Assembly: GCF_009834535.1 (NCBI RefSeq)
Contig: NC_045696.1
Coordinates: 51,710,001 to 51,774,000 of the forward strand
Origin: Camelus ferus
Lineage: Eukaryota
Direction: 5' to 3'
DNA length: 64,000 bases
The notes under the pieces were generated by a model, which ran no database searches, was not told where the DNA came from, and saw only the letters and a program-made list of their open reading frames with translations. How positions within the stretch are numbered: position 1 is the first letter of the stretch; each line of letters starts with the position of its first letter. Of the stretch, positions 12,950 to 24,872 are shown piece after piece. Position numbers and translations under genes: made by a program.

Positions 12950-15540
12950 TTGGCCACTGAACTGCTGAAGGAAATCACACAAGACAGACAGGTCCCAAAT
13001 TAACCCACCAGATTCACATTGTCAAGGAGAATCCTACTACATTCTTCTGGTCAACCTACCGTCCCATTTGTCCCAGGAACTCTTTTAAACCTCTACTTTC
13101 CTCAAATCTCCTCACTTACTCCTAGCAGGACCTTGTCTTTAGGAGCCATCATCTGGGAAAGCTCTCAGCCTCTCACGGCCAAACCCACACAGGGCTTGCA
13201 TCTATCCCTACCCTTCCTCCTTCTTTCTTGTAACTGCAGAAGTGATGTCCCTCCTTCTGCCCTTCCATTTATGCTCAGGACTCCACACCTCTCTCCTTAT
13301 CAGGAATCTCACCACCAACCATCCCATCCTCTTGTCTCTCCTATACACTGAATTTCTCCCCTCTACTGTTTTCTTCTAAGCATAGGAAAATGCCAATATT
13401 TTCATTTTTTCCCAAAACATCTTTTACCTCACTCCTCCATTCCTAAGATACTGTATTAGCTCATTTTCTCTTCCTTTCCGCTATGACTTCTAAGAGTTAT
13501 CCACGTTTGCTGTTTCTGTTTTTTCACCTCTTGCTCTTTCCTTATCCCATCATGATCAGGTTACTGCTTCCATGACAAACTACCTTTTGCTAAGGCCAAC
13601 AATAACCTCTAGATTAATATAATAAATGATAAATTTTTCAGTCCTTAACTTACGAAGATCATGACTTCTCAGTGGTCACTACTGCCACTCTCTTTGAAAC
13701 ATTTTCTTCTCTTGGCTTCTGTGCCAATGTTCTCTGATTTCCCTACTACTTCTTAGCTGTTCCTTCTGAGGATATTCACAGCCTCATTTTTCTCTACTAG
13801 CTGATTAAATATTAAGAGTTCTTCAAGCCCCAGTTTGGGCCTTCTTCTCAATTTAACCCCATCCCCAGGCAATTATCATCCATGCCAACAGCTTCATTCG
13901 CTTTCACTTTACTTCTGAAGTCCAGCTGTATATATTCATCTGCTTTCTCAGTATGCTCACTTATCTCTATCAAAAGCATCTCACATCAGACATCTCAAAA
14001 ACAGATCTTATAGTCTTCCCTCCACCCCATTTCTCCTCTGGTGATTTGTATAACCTTCAGTGGAACCGTCCTCCATGTTGTTTTATAAGCATAAAACCAG
14101 TAGTCATAGTTGCATTTCTCTCTCCTGCATCTCCCACACCACGTCCAGGAGAAACCCCTGTGTATTTTGCTTCTGAATTATCTCTCAGTTCCATTCACTT
14201 TTCTTCTATTCCCATTGTCACTACCCTCATCTATCTCTTGTCTGTTCTGTTGCAGTAGCCTCCTTACTTCTGCTCCTTCTAAACCATTTACCACAATGAA
14301 ACTAGCGTGATCTTTTTTTTTTTTAACTTGTATTTTCAAGATTTTTGTAGTTTATCATGCAATTGTAAGAGTTAATACAGAGAGATCTGGTTTGCTCTCT
14401 ATCCATTTTGGTCCATATACTGTCTTGTGTAACTATAGTACAATATTACAATCAGGAAATTGACATTGGTACAATCCACCCACTTTATTTACTTTTCACC
14501 AGTTTTATATGCACTCATGTATGTGTGTGTATCTAGTTCTACGCAACTGTATCATTATGTATAGATTTGCAATGATCACCACCACAGTCAAGATACAGAA
14601 CTGTTAAATCACAAGAATTTTTTGGGCTACTCTTTTATAGCCATAGTCAGTTTCATCACTCCCCGACTCCTAATCCCTGATAACCACTAATCTGTTCTCC
14701 ATCTTTATAATTTTGTCATTTCCAGAACGCCATATAAATGGAATCATTAAGTATGCAATCTTGAGATTGGCTTTTTCACTCTGTAATGCCTTTGTTATTA
14801 ATCCAAGTTGTTGTATGTATCAAGAGGTTATTACTTTTGAGTGCTGAGCAGTATTTCAGGGTATGGTTGTACCACAATTTAACCATTCACTCACTGAAGG
14901 ACATCTGAATTGTTTCTTGTCTGGGGTTATTATGAATAAAACTGCCATGAACTTTGATTTTTGTGTGGATGTGTTTCCATCTGTCTGGGATAAATGTACA
15001 AGAGTAGCATGATCTTTACATACAAAATTGATCACGCCACTTTCATTCTTAAATTTGCTGTCCCATTGCCCTGAGGTAAGTCCTTAATGCAGCCCAAGTC
15101 AAGATCCCAGCATCACCATGCCCTGTATTATCCCCTCAGCCTCGGCGTGGGCTGCCCTTCACCTCATTCTCTCCGTTCAGCTGTATTCAGGGCCTTCATT
15201 CATGCTGTCCCCTCGGCCTAGAAACCTCTTCCACCACCTGATGTCACTTCCTATTTTTCATCTTCTGTTATTAGCTCAATGGCACTTCCTCAAGGAAGTG
15301 TCTCCAGTACTTCTGGACTCACTGAGATTCCCCCTCTTATATTTGTTCTTAGAAAACTGGGCACTTTTATTGCACATCACTAAGCACAGTTTGTAATTCT
15401 AAGCTCTTTTATGTGATCATCTAATTAATATCTATCTTCCATCTTCCAGATTGAAAACTCCAGCAAAGCAGAGGCCATGTCTGTTTTGCTCAACATTTCA
15501 TCTTCAGCATTTAGAAGACATTCACTTGTGTTTAATGAAA
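12950..15540 (+). mobile_element. Long L2 LINE fragment, interrupted by an L1 at 14316-15004
   Basis: Pyrimidine-rich L2 text (ttgctaaggccaacaataacctct, ctctttgaaacattttcttctcttggcttctgtg, cagagggccatg-like 3' end) on both sides of the L1. Confidence 0.75.
14316..15004 (-). mobile_element. L1 (L1MB/MA-like) 3' fragment with 13-bp TSD
   Basis: Poly-T followed by reverse L1 3' UTR text (aaccactaatctgttctccatctttataattttgtcatttccagaa...aatggaatcat). Flanked by tagcgtgatcttt (14303-14315) and tagcatgatcttt (15005-15017). Confidence 0.85.
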
Positions 15541-15549
15541 TTTGGCCAA

Positions 15550-15785
15550 GGCTTTTAAGACAAACAATCTTGGATTCAAGTTCTATCTCTATCACCTCCT
15601 AGGCATTCTGGGAAAAAATCACTCAAACATGCTAGATCTCCCTTTCATCTTCAGAATTAGGATTATAATACCATCTACTTAATAAGAGTAATTTAGGTTA
15701 AGTCAGATAACCATTAAAAATATTTTGCCCAGTGCCTAAAGAAAGGCAAGCAGTCAACAAATGTTATTTCTTACTGTTATTACTA
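15550..15785 (+). mobile_element. MIR SINE
   Basis: ggattcaagttctatctctatcac...tttcatcttcagaattaggattataatacc...cagtcaacaaatgttatt. Confidence 0.6.
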
Positions 15786-18696
15786 GTTTGACAAAAGTGA
15801 AGAATTTTTGTCTTTCTCAACTAGATTTTAGTTCATTATCTTCATTTCTTGCCTGTTCCCGAGATTGTGATTCTGCTAACTTTGAGAATCTGAAAAGAAA
15901 CCCTCAGTTTAGATCTCCAATAATCCTATGACTCCTGGTTCCAAACCCAGGGATGTCCCCTTAGGCAGATGAGAGATTATTTGGCCTCTTGGCTCTGGTT
16001 CCCATTTTCATCTCACTCAATACTTCTTCCTCTTGTTTTTCAGCCTGTAGATCTCAGGGTTTGTAGGAATATCTATTCCCTACTTCTAGTTTCCATAAAA
16101 AAGTTTTCTAAACACATCCTGCCTCTTGTCTCACTCCTCATACTGCTCCATGGAGGAGAGTCATCCTGCTAATAAGATAGCCCTTGGCCCATGTTTCTCA
16201 GTTAGGTGGAGTTGGGTGGAACTGATCTACCAAAGTTTCTAAGTGCAGGAATTTAGTCTTTCTCCTTCCTTTACTACTGAGACTAGTGGCCTGGAAAAGT
16301 GTTGTTCTTTTGCAGGTTCAAGTTTTCCCTTAGGAGGACGGGCTTCTGTGAGCCCACTGTACCTCTCGTGCTAAGTCACATCCTTCAACCCAGCCTTTAG
16401 CAAAAATTTTGGTTCCTCAGCTATCAGTTCTTTCATCTTATTTTCCACTGGGTTTAGAATCTGAGTGGGGAAAAACAGTGCTCTTTATTGTACTCCTTCA
16501 TAGATTCCCACACTTAGGTTTATGCTTTTACTTGGAATTGCATTCTTTTACCCTTCATCTTTTTTACATTCCAGCCATTTGTCAAGGCCCAGCTCAATCG
16601 CCTTTTACATGAAGTTTTCCAGCCTTCAAGGCTCCCTTTCATGAATGAAATCTTATAGTACTTATTGGACTGTATCATTCCTTTTGAAATTGTTATTTAT
16701 TATCTTAAATGCATACTGGAACACTCAGTAGCATGACTTCTTTCCTAACTCAATTTTGAGTTTCTTAAGAGCAAACAAGGGCAATGTCCTAGATTTATGT
16801 TTTAAGTCTCCACTAAATATGATTTTTTATATATAGTAAGTGCTTAATAATACTTATGGGATAATTGTTCTTAAGGCTGGCCTACTAACCAGGCTTTGAT
16901 TTGAAGGCTCAAGGCATAATTAATATGGCTTAGTGGCTAGATGGTTCTTCAAGGGGTGGTGGCAATGGCCTAAGAAAGAAAGGTTAATATGAGTGTGTCC
17001 CTGAGATGCGGATCAGTGTAGGTCTTATATGTCTAGGTAGTGGAGCACAAACCTATCTTGTGCTGTTTTCATTTTAGTAATATACTCCCCCATTTCCTTT
17101 ATGAAAAGCATATGGAAAGCATGGTCTAATAGGTAGAAAGGCTAAGAGAAATGCAAGCAGAGGAAGGTACTGCTCCTTGCTGTGATAGACTGGTCTGCAG
17201 AATGTTTTGATTCTCTGAATTAGTAAAAGATTGAAAAAAAAATAGCCACTACTACTACAGGAAAAAAACGAGGAGGAAGGGTCCTGAAAATGGTATCTGA
17301 GCAATGAAAGACAGTGAATATTTTAAAGATCACTGAATTTAATTTATTCAACCTAAATGCATAAAAGTACAGGTGGGGACATTATTTATGCAGGTATATG
17401 CAAATCACTTTATAAAATAGGCAAAGCCCTTCTGCTTTTTATAAGTTGCCAAGGTGGTTCCTGATATTTTAAAAGCTATGCACCTTTAATGTAATTTTCG
17501 AAGAGTTGGAATCCCTCTGTTGGAATCATAGTCATTGTCAGAGCAAGTTTATTTTTTTTCCCTCTCCTCTGGGACATTTACAAGGCTCTCATAACCATCA
17601 CAAAAAGAGTGGTTTCCACAGAGATGTGACTGGAAAAAAAATCACTTGGAAATCACTGAGGAGCAAGTCACAATGTTCAAAGCAGAGAACATAGGCTTTG
17701 AAAACATGAACCCATCTGACCTTTTGAATTTAGTACAGTGAATTCCTGAGCTCTGAAACATGGGGCCCGGCTGTGCATGCCATATTGGTGCTATAAGACT
17801 GGCAGTAGGTTGGCTGTGGCATGGTCTATTTCAAACTCCTTCACAGTGCCCAGTGTTGCATGTTCCCAGATGACATTTGGTTGGCAGAAGCTGGGCCTCC
17901 AAAGCTGGCAGCCTGGAATGCAGCCCACTGTGTTTTGACAAACACATAATTGACCATCTGATCACCAGCCTACATTTTGCACTCAGGTCACTGAGGGGAC
18001 CTGGGCTTTCAGTGGGTCCCTACTCCTTATCTTGTTCATCTTCTCAAACCTTTCTCCAGAAAGTAATACAGAGAAGACTTAAACACACCCACACATATCC
18101 TCCCATTTGCAAAAGAGAACATGGTACATGAAACAGAAGCTGTTGAAAATTTCCTTTAAATTGTCCTGGCAGCCCAAAGTGAGCAAGAGAAAAGCACACT
18201 TATGGTGAACTCGAATTCAGAAAGAAGGAACAAATATACCGCATTGTTTCAACACCCGCCTGTGCATAAGTTGCACTTCAGTTCAGTGGCTTGGAACTTC
18301 TCAGCAAAGGGCAGCAATGGGAAAATGGTAGGAAACTGGGGCACTGACTGACTTTGGGGGGAACATTATTAAGAAATGGTTTCATTTTCAGGTGAAAGAA
18401 GAGGAAAGCAGGACCCTGGCAGTGTCTGCTCCTCCTCTGCCCACCACTCCCCCAAGTCCACTAAAGGACAACGAGACACACATCTCTGGACACCAGTGGG
18501 CAGCAGCTCAGAGAGAGGTCAGATTCAAACTGAGGTCTCAGTGAAGGTCCCATAAAGGTGTGTTTTGGCCTGAAATTTGGCCACACACAGCACACCAGCC
18601 TTTATCCTGGAAGGCAAGGATTACGCACTGTGCCAAGCCAGGCTGCCATCAGGCAGAAGTCAGTGCCTCTGCCAGCACTAGTGCGTAGCCTGCCCT

Positions 18697-18772
18697 CTCC
18701 ACACCACGCCCACAGCTCCACACCACGCCCACAGCTCCACACCACGCCCACAGCTCCACACCATGCCCACAG
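18697..18772. repeat. Minisatellite, 4 x 19 bp (ctccacaccacgcccacag)
   Basis: Units at 18697, 18716, 18735 and 18754; the fourth copy has one C>T change at a CpG. Confidence 0.97.
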
Positions 18773-18779
18773 CGCTGTG

Positions 18780-19395
18780 CAGGCCTTGCCTTTCACCTGA
18801 GACCTGGTGTCCCTTCTCCCAGTCAGCCACCTCTGCCGTTACCGGAGTGCTCTTTCCTAAAACATAAATCTACGTAAAACTCTTCAAAGCCTCCCCAGGC
18901 TTTCTGCTTCAAGTCCAGACTCTTTTGCTTGGCACACAGGGCCTCCGTGATCTGCCTCCTGCCCACTTCCCAGCCTCATCTCTGGGGCCCCTCTTTCAAT
19001 CACCATGCTCCAGCCACGAGCCGGATCTGGCCACTAGTTGACACTTCTGGACTTTGTAAATGCCTTGGCTTTTTTCCTGATTATCATCCCCTGTTTCTTT
19101 CCCCTCCCCTACATACACCTGGTAAACTACAATTCATTCTTTAGACTTTTAGGCCCAGCTTGGCCACCTCCCACAGGCAGGTGGGCACTCCTTTCTGGTT
19201 CCCCTCCCTATATCTTGTATATATTTCCATTCCAGTGCCTCTTACATGGTATGGCCTTTATTTGCTATGTGTCCTCCCTACCGGACTGTGAGATTCTTAA
19301 CAACAGAGGGCATATCTTATTTATCTTGCAGTTCCAGGAACCAAGCACAGTCACTAGCTTTCCTTAAACGTTTGTTGACTGAAAACTGAATAAAG
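18780..19395 (+). mobile_element. L2 LINE 3' fragment
   Basis: gtgctctttcctaaaacataaatct...ggactgtgagattcttaacaacagagggcatatcttatttatc...aaacgtttgttgactgaa. Confidence 0.7.
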
Positions 19396-20429
19396 AGCTG
19401 TGCATGATAATTGACCCAGCAGTGGTAGTGGCTTCTAAAAGCAGGGTAGGAGCCTATTAAGCAATCTACTGAAGGCAGAAGACCCCAGCAGTAAGGCACT
19501 TTGGATGGCTATCACAGGGTGAAAGGAAGAGTGAGGGGTAGATACTGTGATGGAGGAATGTCTTGTTAACAGAGAATGTCACCGAGGCAGTGCATTTTCA
19601 GCCTTTTTGACATTTAGTGCTCAATACTGAAAGGCATTGTTCTGAGAATGAGTCTGAGTCTGAGTCTGAACTGTACAGAGTTCTAACTGGTAAGAACCTG
19701 GCTTCTCAAATAGGGCAAGTCTGTGCTACCTGTTTCAAGACAGCCTGGCAGGTTAGGGAGGGCTCTCCTCAGTCTCGGCTGAAGAGTAATGCGATGGAAA
19801 ACTTTGGGGGGAACATCTGGAAGCTATTCAGTTCCTATTGAAATCTATGTCAGATCCAGGTTGGGACTTTAGACTGAATGCAATGCCGAGGAGAACAGAT
19901 CGAACAGGCAGAAAAAAGTGCCCATCTGGAGGAGGCCATCGAAGAGGCTCTAGGAGCCAGAAGCACTGGGGAGATAATGTTTTGATTTGTTCCAAAGGAA
20001 CTCTTCTTTTCCCTTTGACGGGCACCTGGGGCACCATATCTGGAGCCATCAGCTGTGTCTGTGGGGCACTTGAGGACAGCAGGACTGTCACAGGCCCTGC
20101 TACCCTTGAAATAAAGGCAGTCTCAGGATTTGGAACAATCTAAGCAAGCACAAAGCCTGTCCTGGGGGTGGGAGAAGGTCAGTGGGTATATGCACGGACT
20201 GTCAGCCCATTCCAGGTCATTCGTCCAGCCTCATCTTGGGTTAAAAACTTGGATCTCTCTCGAAGCTGCCAAATTGATGGTTGATATAGCATAGAATCAG
20301 TTTCACACTTTCCTGTGAGCCAGAGACAGCCTTTCAATTATGTCTTTTATCTCGGAGGTCTCCACTCGATTTCTAATCTGTGACACAGGTCTCCAGTCCC
20401 CTGTACCGCTTGTGTCTGAGGCTTGCCCT

Positions 20430-20490
20430 CCGGTGCTGACGTCATAATAGCTGAGCCGTGCGGGCAGGAGTGCACAGTGCTGACTCATCC
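20430..20490. promoter_or_regulatory. Paired bZIP sites: TGC-TGACGTCA (CRE/C-MARE-like) and TGC-TGACTCAT (NF-E2/ARE/AP-1)
   Basis: TGACGTCA at 20437-20444 and TGACTCA at 20481-20487, each preceded by TGC, in a CpG-retaining stretch with no recognisable repeat. Function is inferred. Confidence 0.45.
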
Positions 20491-22257
20491 CCGGTGATGT
20501 GAGGATTAATGCCTTGTCTAACACAGAGCTACTCTGTGAACTGTTTTTACACAAAAGAACTGTAACAAAAATGATTTGCCAGTCAGAGGACTAGAAATAC
20601 GCAGTGCTAGGTAACTGGAGTAGGGATGCGGAGCTGCGAAGTGGTAACCACAAGCACGCACACGGACACCCGCCAAAGCACTGACAGACCCACTCTATCA
20701 ACACCGAGAAGGAGGAAAAACAAGACTTGTCAGGGGCAGAAAGGACCCACCCCTGCTGTATAAATGCATTACACACAGCACCAGTCTTTGGGGAGTTTAA
20801 TCAATCTCCTTTCTCTGTCAAATAACTGTCACTTTAGACTTCAGCCTGAGCATCCTTTGGAGGATTCTGCTCCCCTAAATATATTTGCAGCTAGCTTCTA
20901 GGAATGTTCATGGAAGCCACACACAAGCAAAAGAGCCATGGGAACCCCCTCTCTGTGCAAATGATTGCAACCCAAGAAATATCTCAGAGTGAGAAGGAGT
21001 CTGTGAAGTAAGACAGAATGTTGTAAATAAGGGACAGTGTTCACCAGAGAGTGAGATGCAGCTGGAAGGATGCTGATAATTATTTATCACACGAGGTGAC
21101 TGTCACTACCTGTAGCATCTTTTCAGTGGTGCCTCATGTAGTGACTTTGATTATCTGGGTTCATTGCCCCAGAATCTCTTTCAAGCAGCTCAAGGTAACA
21201 TTTACCCAAACCCACTCAGTGCAGCCTGATTTGGGCTTTAATAATAAATGTTTTCTCTTTTCATCTGAAATCAGTGTTTTTTTCTTTTTCTCCCCCAAAA
21301 TGACCCTCCATCTTTTCTAAAAACATAATGGTACCTTCTATAGACCTCCTGGCACACATAATCCTGGATTTCTCTCTCTCTCTCTCTTTTTTTTTTTTGT
21401 ACTTTACAATTTCACACACAATTTTAGCCTAAATGGCTAAAGTTCTGTACTTCAGTCTTGTACCCCCTATAAAAGGATATTAGAAATTTTGTCCCCAAAA
21501 TGAAAGTTCTGCTCTAGAAGTTGAAATTAAAACCTATTGGATTTAGGGGTGGGTGTTTAACTGAAGAATAAATAATTGCCCATTGATTGGCAGTGAAGCA
21601 AAAGCCCAGCTGCTGCTGGTATCTGGCTCAAGAATGTAAGCTGCAGTTTAGAAGGGCAGTGACTTTTGCAAACAGCAGCTGTGGCTGAGTCAAAGGCAGT
21701 CTTTATATATGTCGGGTGGCTTGGGCCGCTGGTCTTTCTAGGCCCCTCACGATGGCAACTACTACCACTACTACCATCACCAACAGCATCAACTCCAAAC
21801 ACGAAAGAAGCTACTACACAATGAAGCAGCATTGGAAACCACAACAAACTCAACTGGAAAACGTGCCAACAAAGACCCAAATTTCCCAAATCTGGCACCT
21901 TTTTTTTTTTTTTTTGAAAAGTAAAGAAACCACTTTTACTTACATAAAGAGAAGGGGCAGGCCACAGACTGATGGTCAAGGATCTGAAAATCAAAGACAA
22001 AACAAGGAATTAAAAATAAACCCAATGATACTATGGGGAGAAGGAAAGCAAACCTAGGTTTAGACAGGATGGTTGGCCCTAAAGGATGAGCAGTAGGGGC
22101 CCAATTTTTCACTTGTAGCCCAAGAAAAAGGAGATTTTCAGTCTCATAAAATTTCCAAAGGTGTGACCTCCTGCTATTTATCGACCAATACAGAAGGAGT
22201 GCCAACCTCTTTCTTTGTCAGCTTCATTGTGATCCGAATCATATGAGCATTTTCTAG

Positions 22258-22445
22258 AGCTATGCTGTTCAATTCAGCAGCCACATTTATCTATTTAAAC
22301 TGAAAATACTTAAAATTTAATAAAAATGTGAATGTTTCTCAGTCTATGAGCCATATTCCCAGTGCTCCACAGCCACCTGTGACTAGGGGCTGCCTCGCAG
22401 ATTGAACATTGCCATTGTTGCCTACATATGCATTGGACAACACGG
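22258..22445 (-). mobile_element. MER3-like hAT-Charlie DNA transposon fossil
   Basis: tgctgttcaat...gccacatttatctatttaaa...gccatattcccagtgctccacagccacctgtgactaggggct...attggacaacac, the characteristic internally palindromic MER3 layout. Confidence 0.7.
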
Positions 22446-23605
22446 CAAGAATGGGTAAACAATGTCGCACATGACAGATCCTAGCTAATTGTGACAAAGA
22501 TGAGTCAAACTCCAATAAACTCTGGTTCTTTTAAGGGCAGATTTAGTATGTTTAATACCCAGAAGATCCTCTGGACAAATTCAAAACCTCCATGCATTGT
22601 CAACCATTAGCTGAAGACCCTACTGCCTTGCCTACTGCTTCTCACCAGCCTAGGAAAGTCCCCTCTGACAAAATGATTTTAAAAGTAAGCATCTGTCCCC
22701 CCAAAACACATTTCTAACGATGAAACTTCAGGTTTGGGGGAGTTGACCTTAACAGTTTCTCATTCTGTATATCAAGTCTGATAATTCTCCTTTGTGATCT
22801 TCAACACACAAGCTAAATAAGCAATTATGAGACTGGCCTGCTCACCATTGTTTTGATAGTTTTTCTTATAGAAGAATAAAACTGAAGTAACAGAAGATCC
22901 AAGAGAAATTAATAAACCAAACAAGGATGCTGAGAAGACAAAGCAGGTCTCCTTACCCTCACCTCACTCAAATATGTCAAAGACTAATATAAGCTGATTG
23001 AATTCTTGTCTCTCTGACACCCATAATTTTAACAACTTCACATAAGGCCTCCAGAAATGTGCAAAACAAACTGTATTAAAAGAGATCAAGTAGAAGGATT
23101 TGATTAAATAACTTAGCATAGAATAAGACTAAGAAAACTGGCAATTAGAGATTTCACTCCTCAGTAAGTTTTCTGGACAAATGCACCGTCATGGAAGTTC
23201 CACCAAAGAAAAACTTTTCCGTTTATGGCCAAGGTGAAACTCAGTTCCATGAACATGCAAGAGTGAAGAATGGTGTTCTCCTCTTTGGATAAGAGTTAAG
23301 AGGAAAATCTGCAGCCTGGATCATAATGCAGGCTAACACAAGAGAGGTTGGGGGTCTCCAATGTTTTTAATTTTTTTCACAAAATCGATGAGTTTAATGA
23401 AAATTTTAATCAAGATAATTAGATTATGTATGATTCATTGAAAGTACACACAAACTTGGAATACTTATATATATACAAAGAAAAATATATATATATGACT
23501 AGTCTTCAAAGACTTTATAGCTCTAAGTTTTGCTACATTTTAGTCTCTTCTACAAGCTAAGATCCTAGACTATTGCACTGGTGCATCTTCTAAAATCTTC
23601 TTCAT

Positions 23606-23690
23606 TCCTTCTTTGCTTTCATCCTTCCTTCTTTCCTTCCTTCCTTCCTTCCCTCCCTCCCTCCATCTTTTCTTTTTTTTTCCTCCCTCT
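23606..23690. repeat. (CCTT)n/(CCCT)n polypyrimidine low-complexity tract
   Basis: Read directly. Confidence 0.85.
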
Positions 23691-24744
23691 CCCAACTTAT
23701 TTGAGCTTGCTTTCTTTCCCAAACTTTGAGGAAATGGAGAAAAATATGATTAGTGGTTATCTATGAAATGTGCTCACTTATTTTTCTGTTGCATGTTATA
23801 AACCCAATAAGTCTCAATAACAATTATGCTCTTTTAAAATTATATTTGATATTTATGTTCTTATATCTAAGCATGTAATTTTCCTTTCTGAATTTCAAGG
23901 AGTATTTATTCATGCAACTTAATCAGTCAAAATTAATTTTTTGATGTGATCAAAAGAGATCAATGTAAATTGTACCCAGATTGACTAATACATTCAAGGT
24001 CTGGAATGAAAAGCTCTCTTTCCTGGATGTCAAATGACACACAGGCTGTCAATGACAGGAATCCAAGATGGAGAGAAAAATCACAGTGTGTATGTCACAG
24101 TCTAAGACAAATTAAAGCCAAGTTAAGTTGAAGATTTTATTGGATATAATTATTCTCTTCATTTATTAATGAAAAACAATAATATCTATACCAAATTTAA
24201 TATTAAGGCTAAAAATTTAATCTCATAGTTCTTACACAATTTATAAATGTTCATAAATGTCAAAAGGCCCCTGTTTTTTGATTGTATTATAATCTGCTAT
24301 GCAATTTTGAAAATATGTATTAATCTACATGGGTTTATTTTGTTCAATTCAAATTGTTATTTTATTAATATGTATCCTTTCTGCCTAAGTGATATTCACC
24401 TTATATGTCTGTAAATTGTTTTCATTTGAAATGCAAAGAATTATCTATAATAGTTTTGCGTAAGATTAAATAAACATTTGCATTAAGCATGCTCGGTTCA
24501 AAGCACAAATATCTAATAATGAATATAGAACTATAAAGCCCAAAAGAATCAGGACCTTAAAACATGGTGAGGGAGGCAAGAATAGAGAGGGGGAGAAAGG
24601 ATGACATGTGGTGAAGCCTAATTTTAGTTTTGTAATTTCCGAGTAGAAATTATTATATGGTATTGATCTCCAAGGAACTAAAAGTATTTTTAACTGTAAC
24701 TTAAGGATTAGTCAATTCTGATTTCCATGTTTGTAGTGTTCTAG

Positions 24745-24872
24745 GGCAATGGTTCCCAATATTTTGAGGTGATATAGATCCCTCCTCCCAGAAATTCCTC
24801 ATAAACACCAAGTTTCAAGCATCTCCCAGACTCCATGCAGGTCTTCCAAGAAATCCTGGTTAGTAACCCTCA
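24745..24872. mobile_element. Short hAT-Charlie (MER5-like) MITE remnant
   Basis: Ends caatggttcccaa ... ggttagtaaccctc resemble MER5-type TIRs, with ctagg/cctaag flanks. Confidence 0.4.

Noticed and set aside
18697..18772. CRISPR-like appearance of short repeats
   Set aside because: Head-to-tail units without spacers, in mammalian DNA with no cas genes.
21557..22057. Longer ORFs on both strands (147 aa and 113 aa)
   Set aside because: Low-complexity (poly-Thr/Ser, poly-T run) with no splice or homology support.
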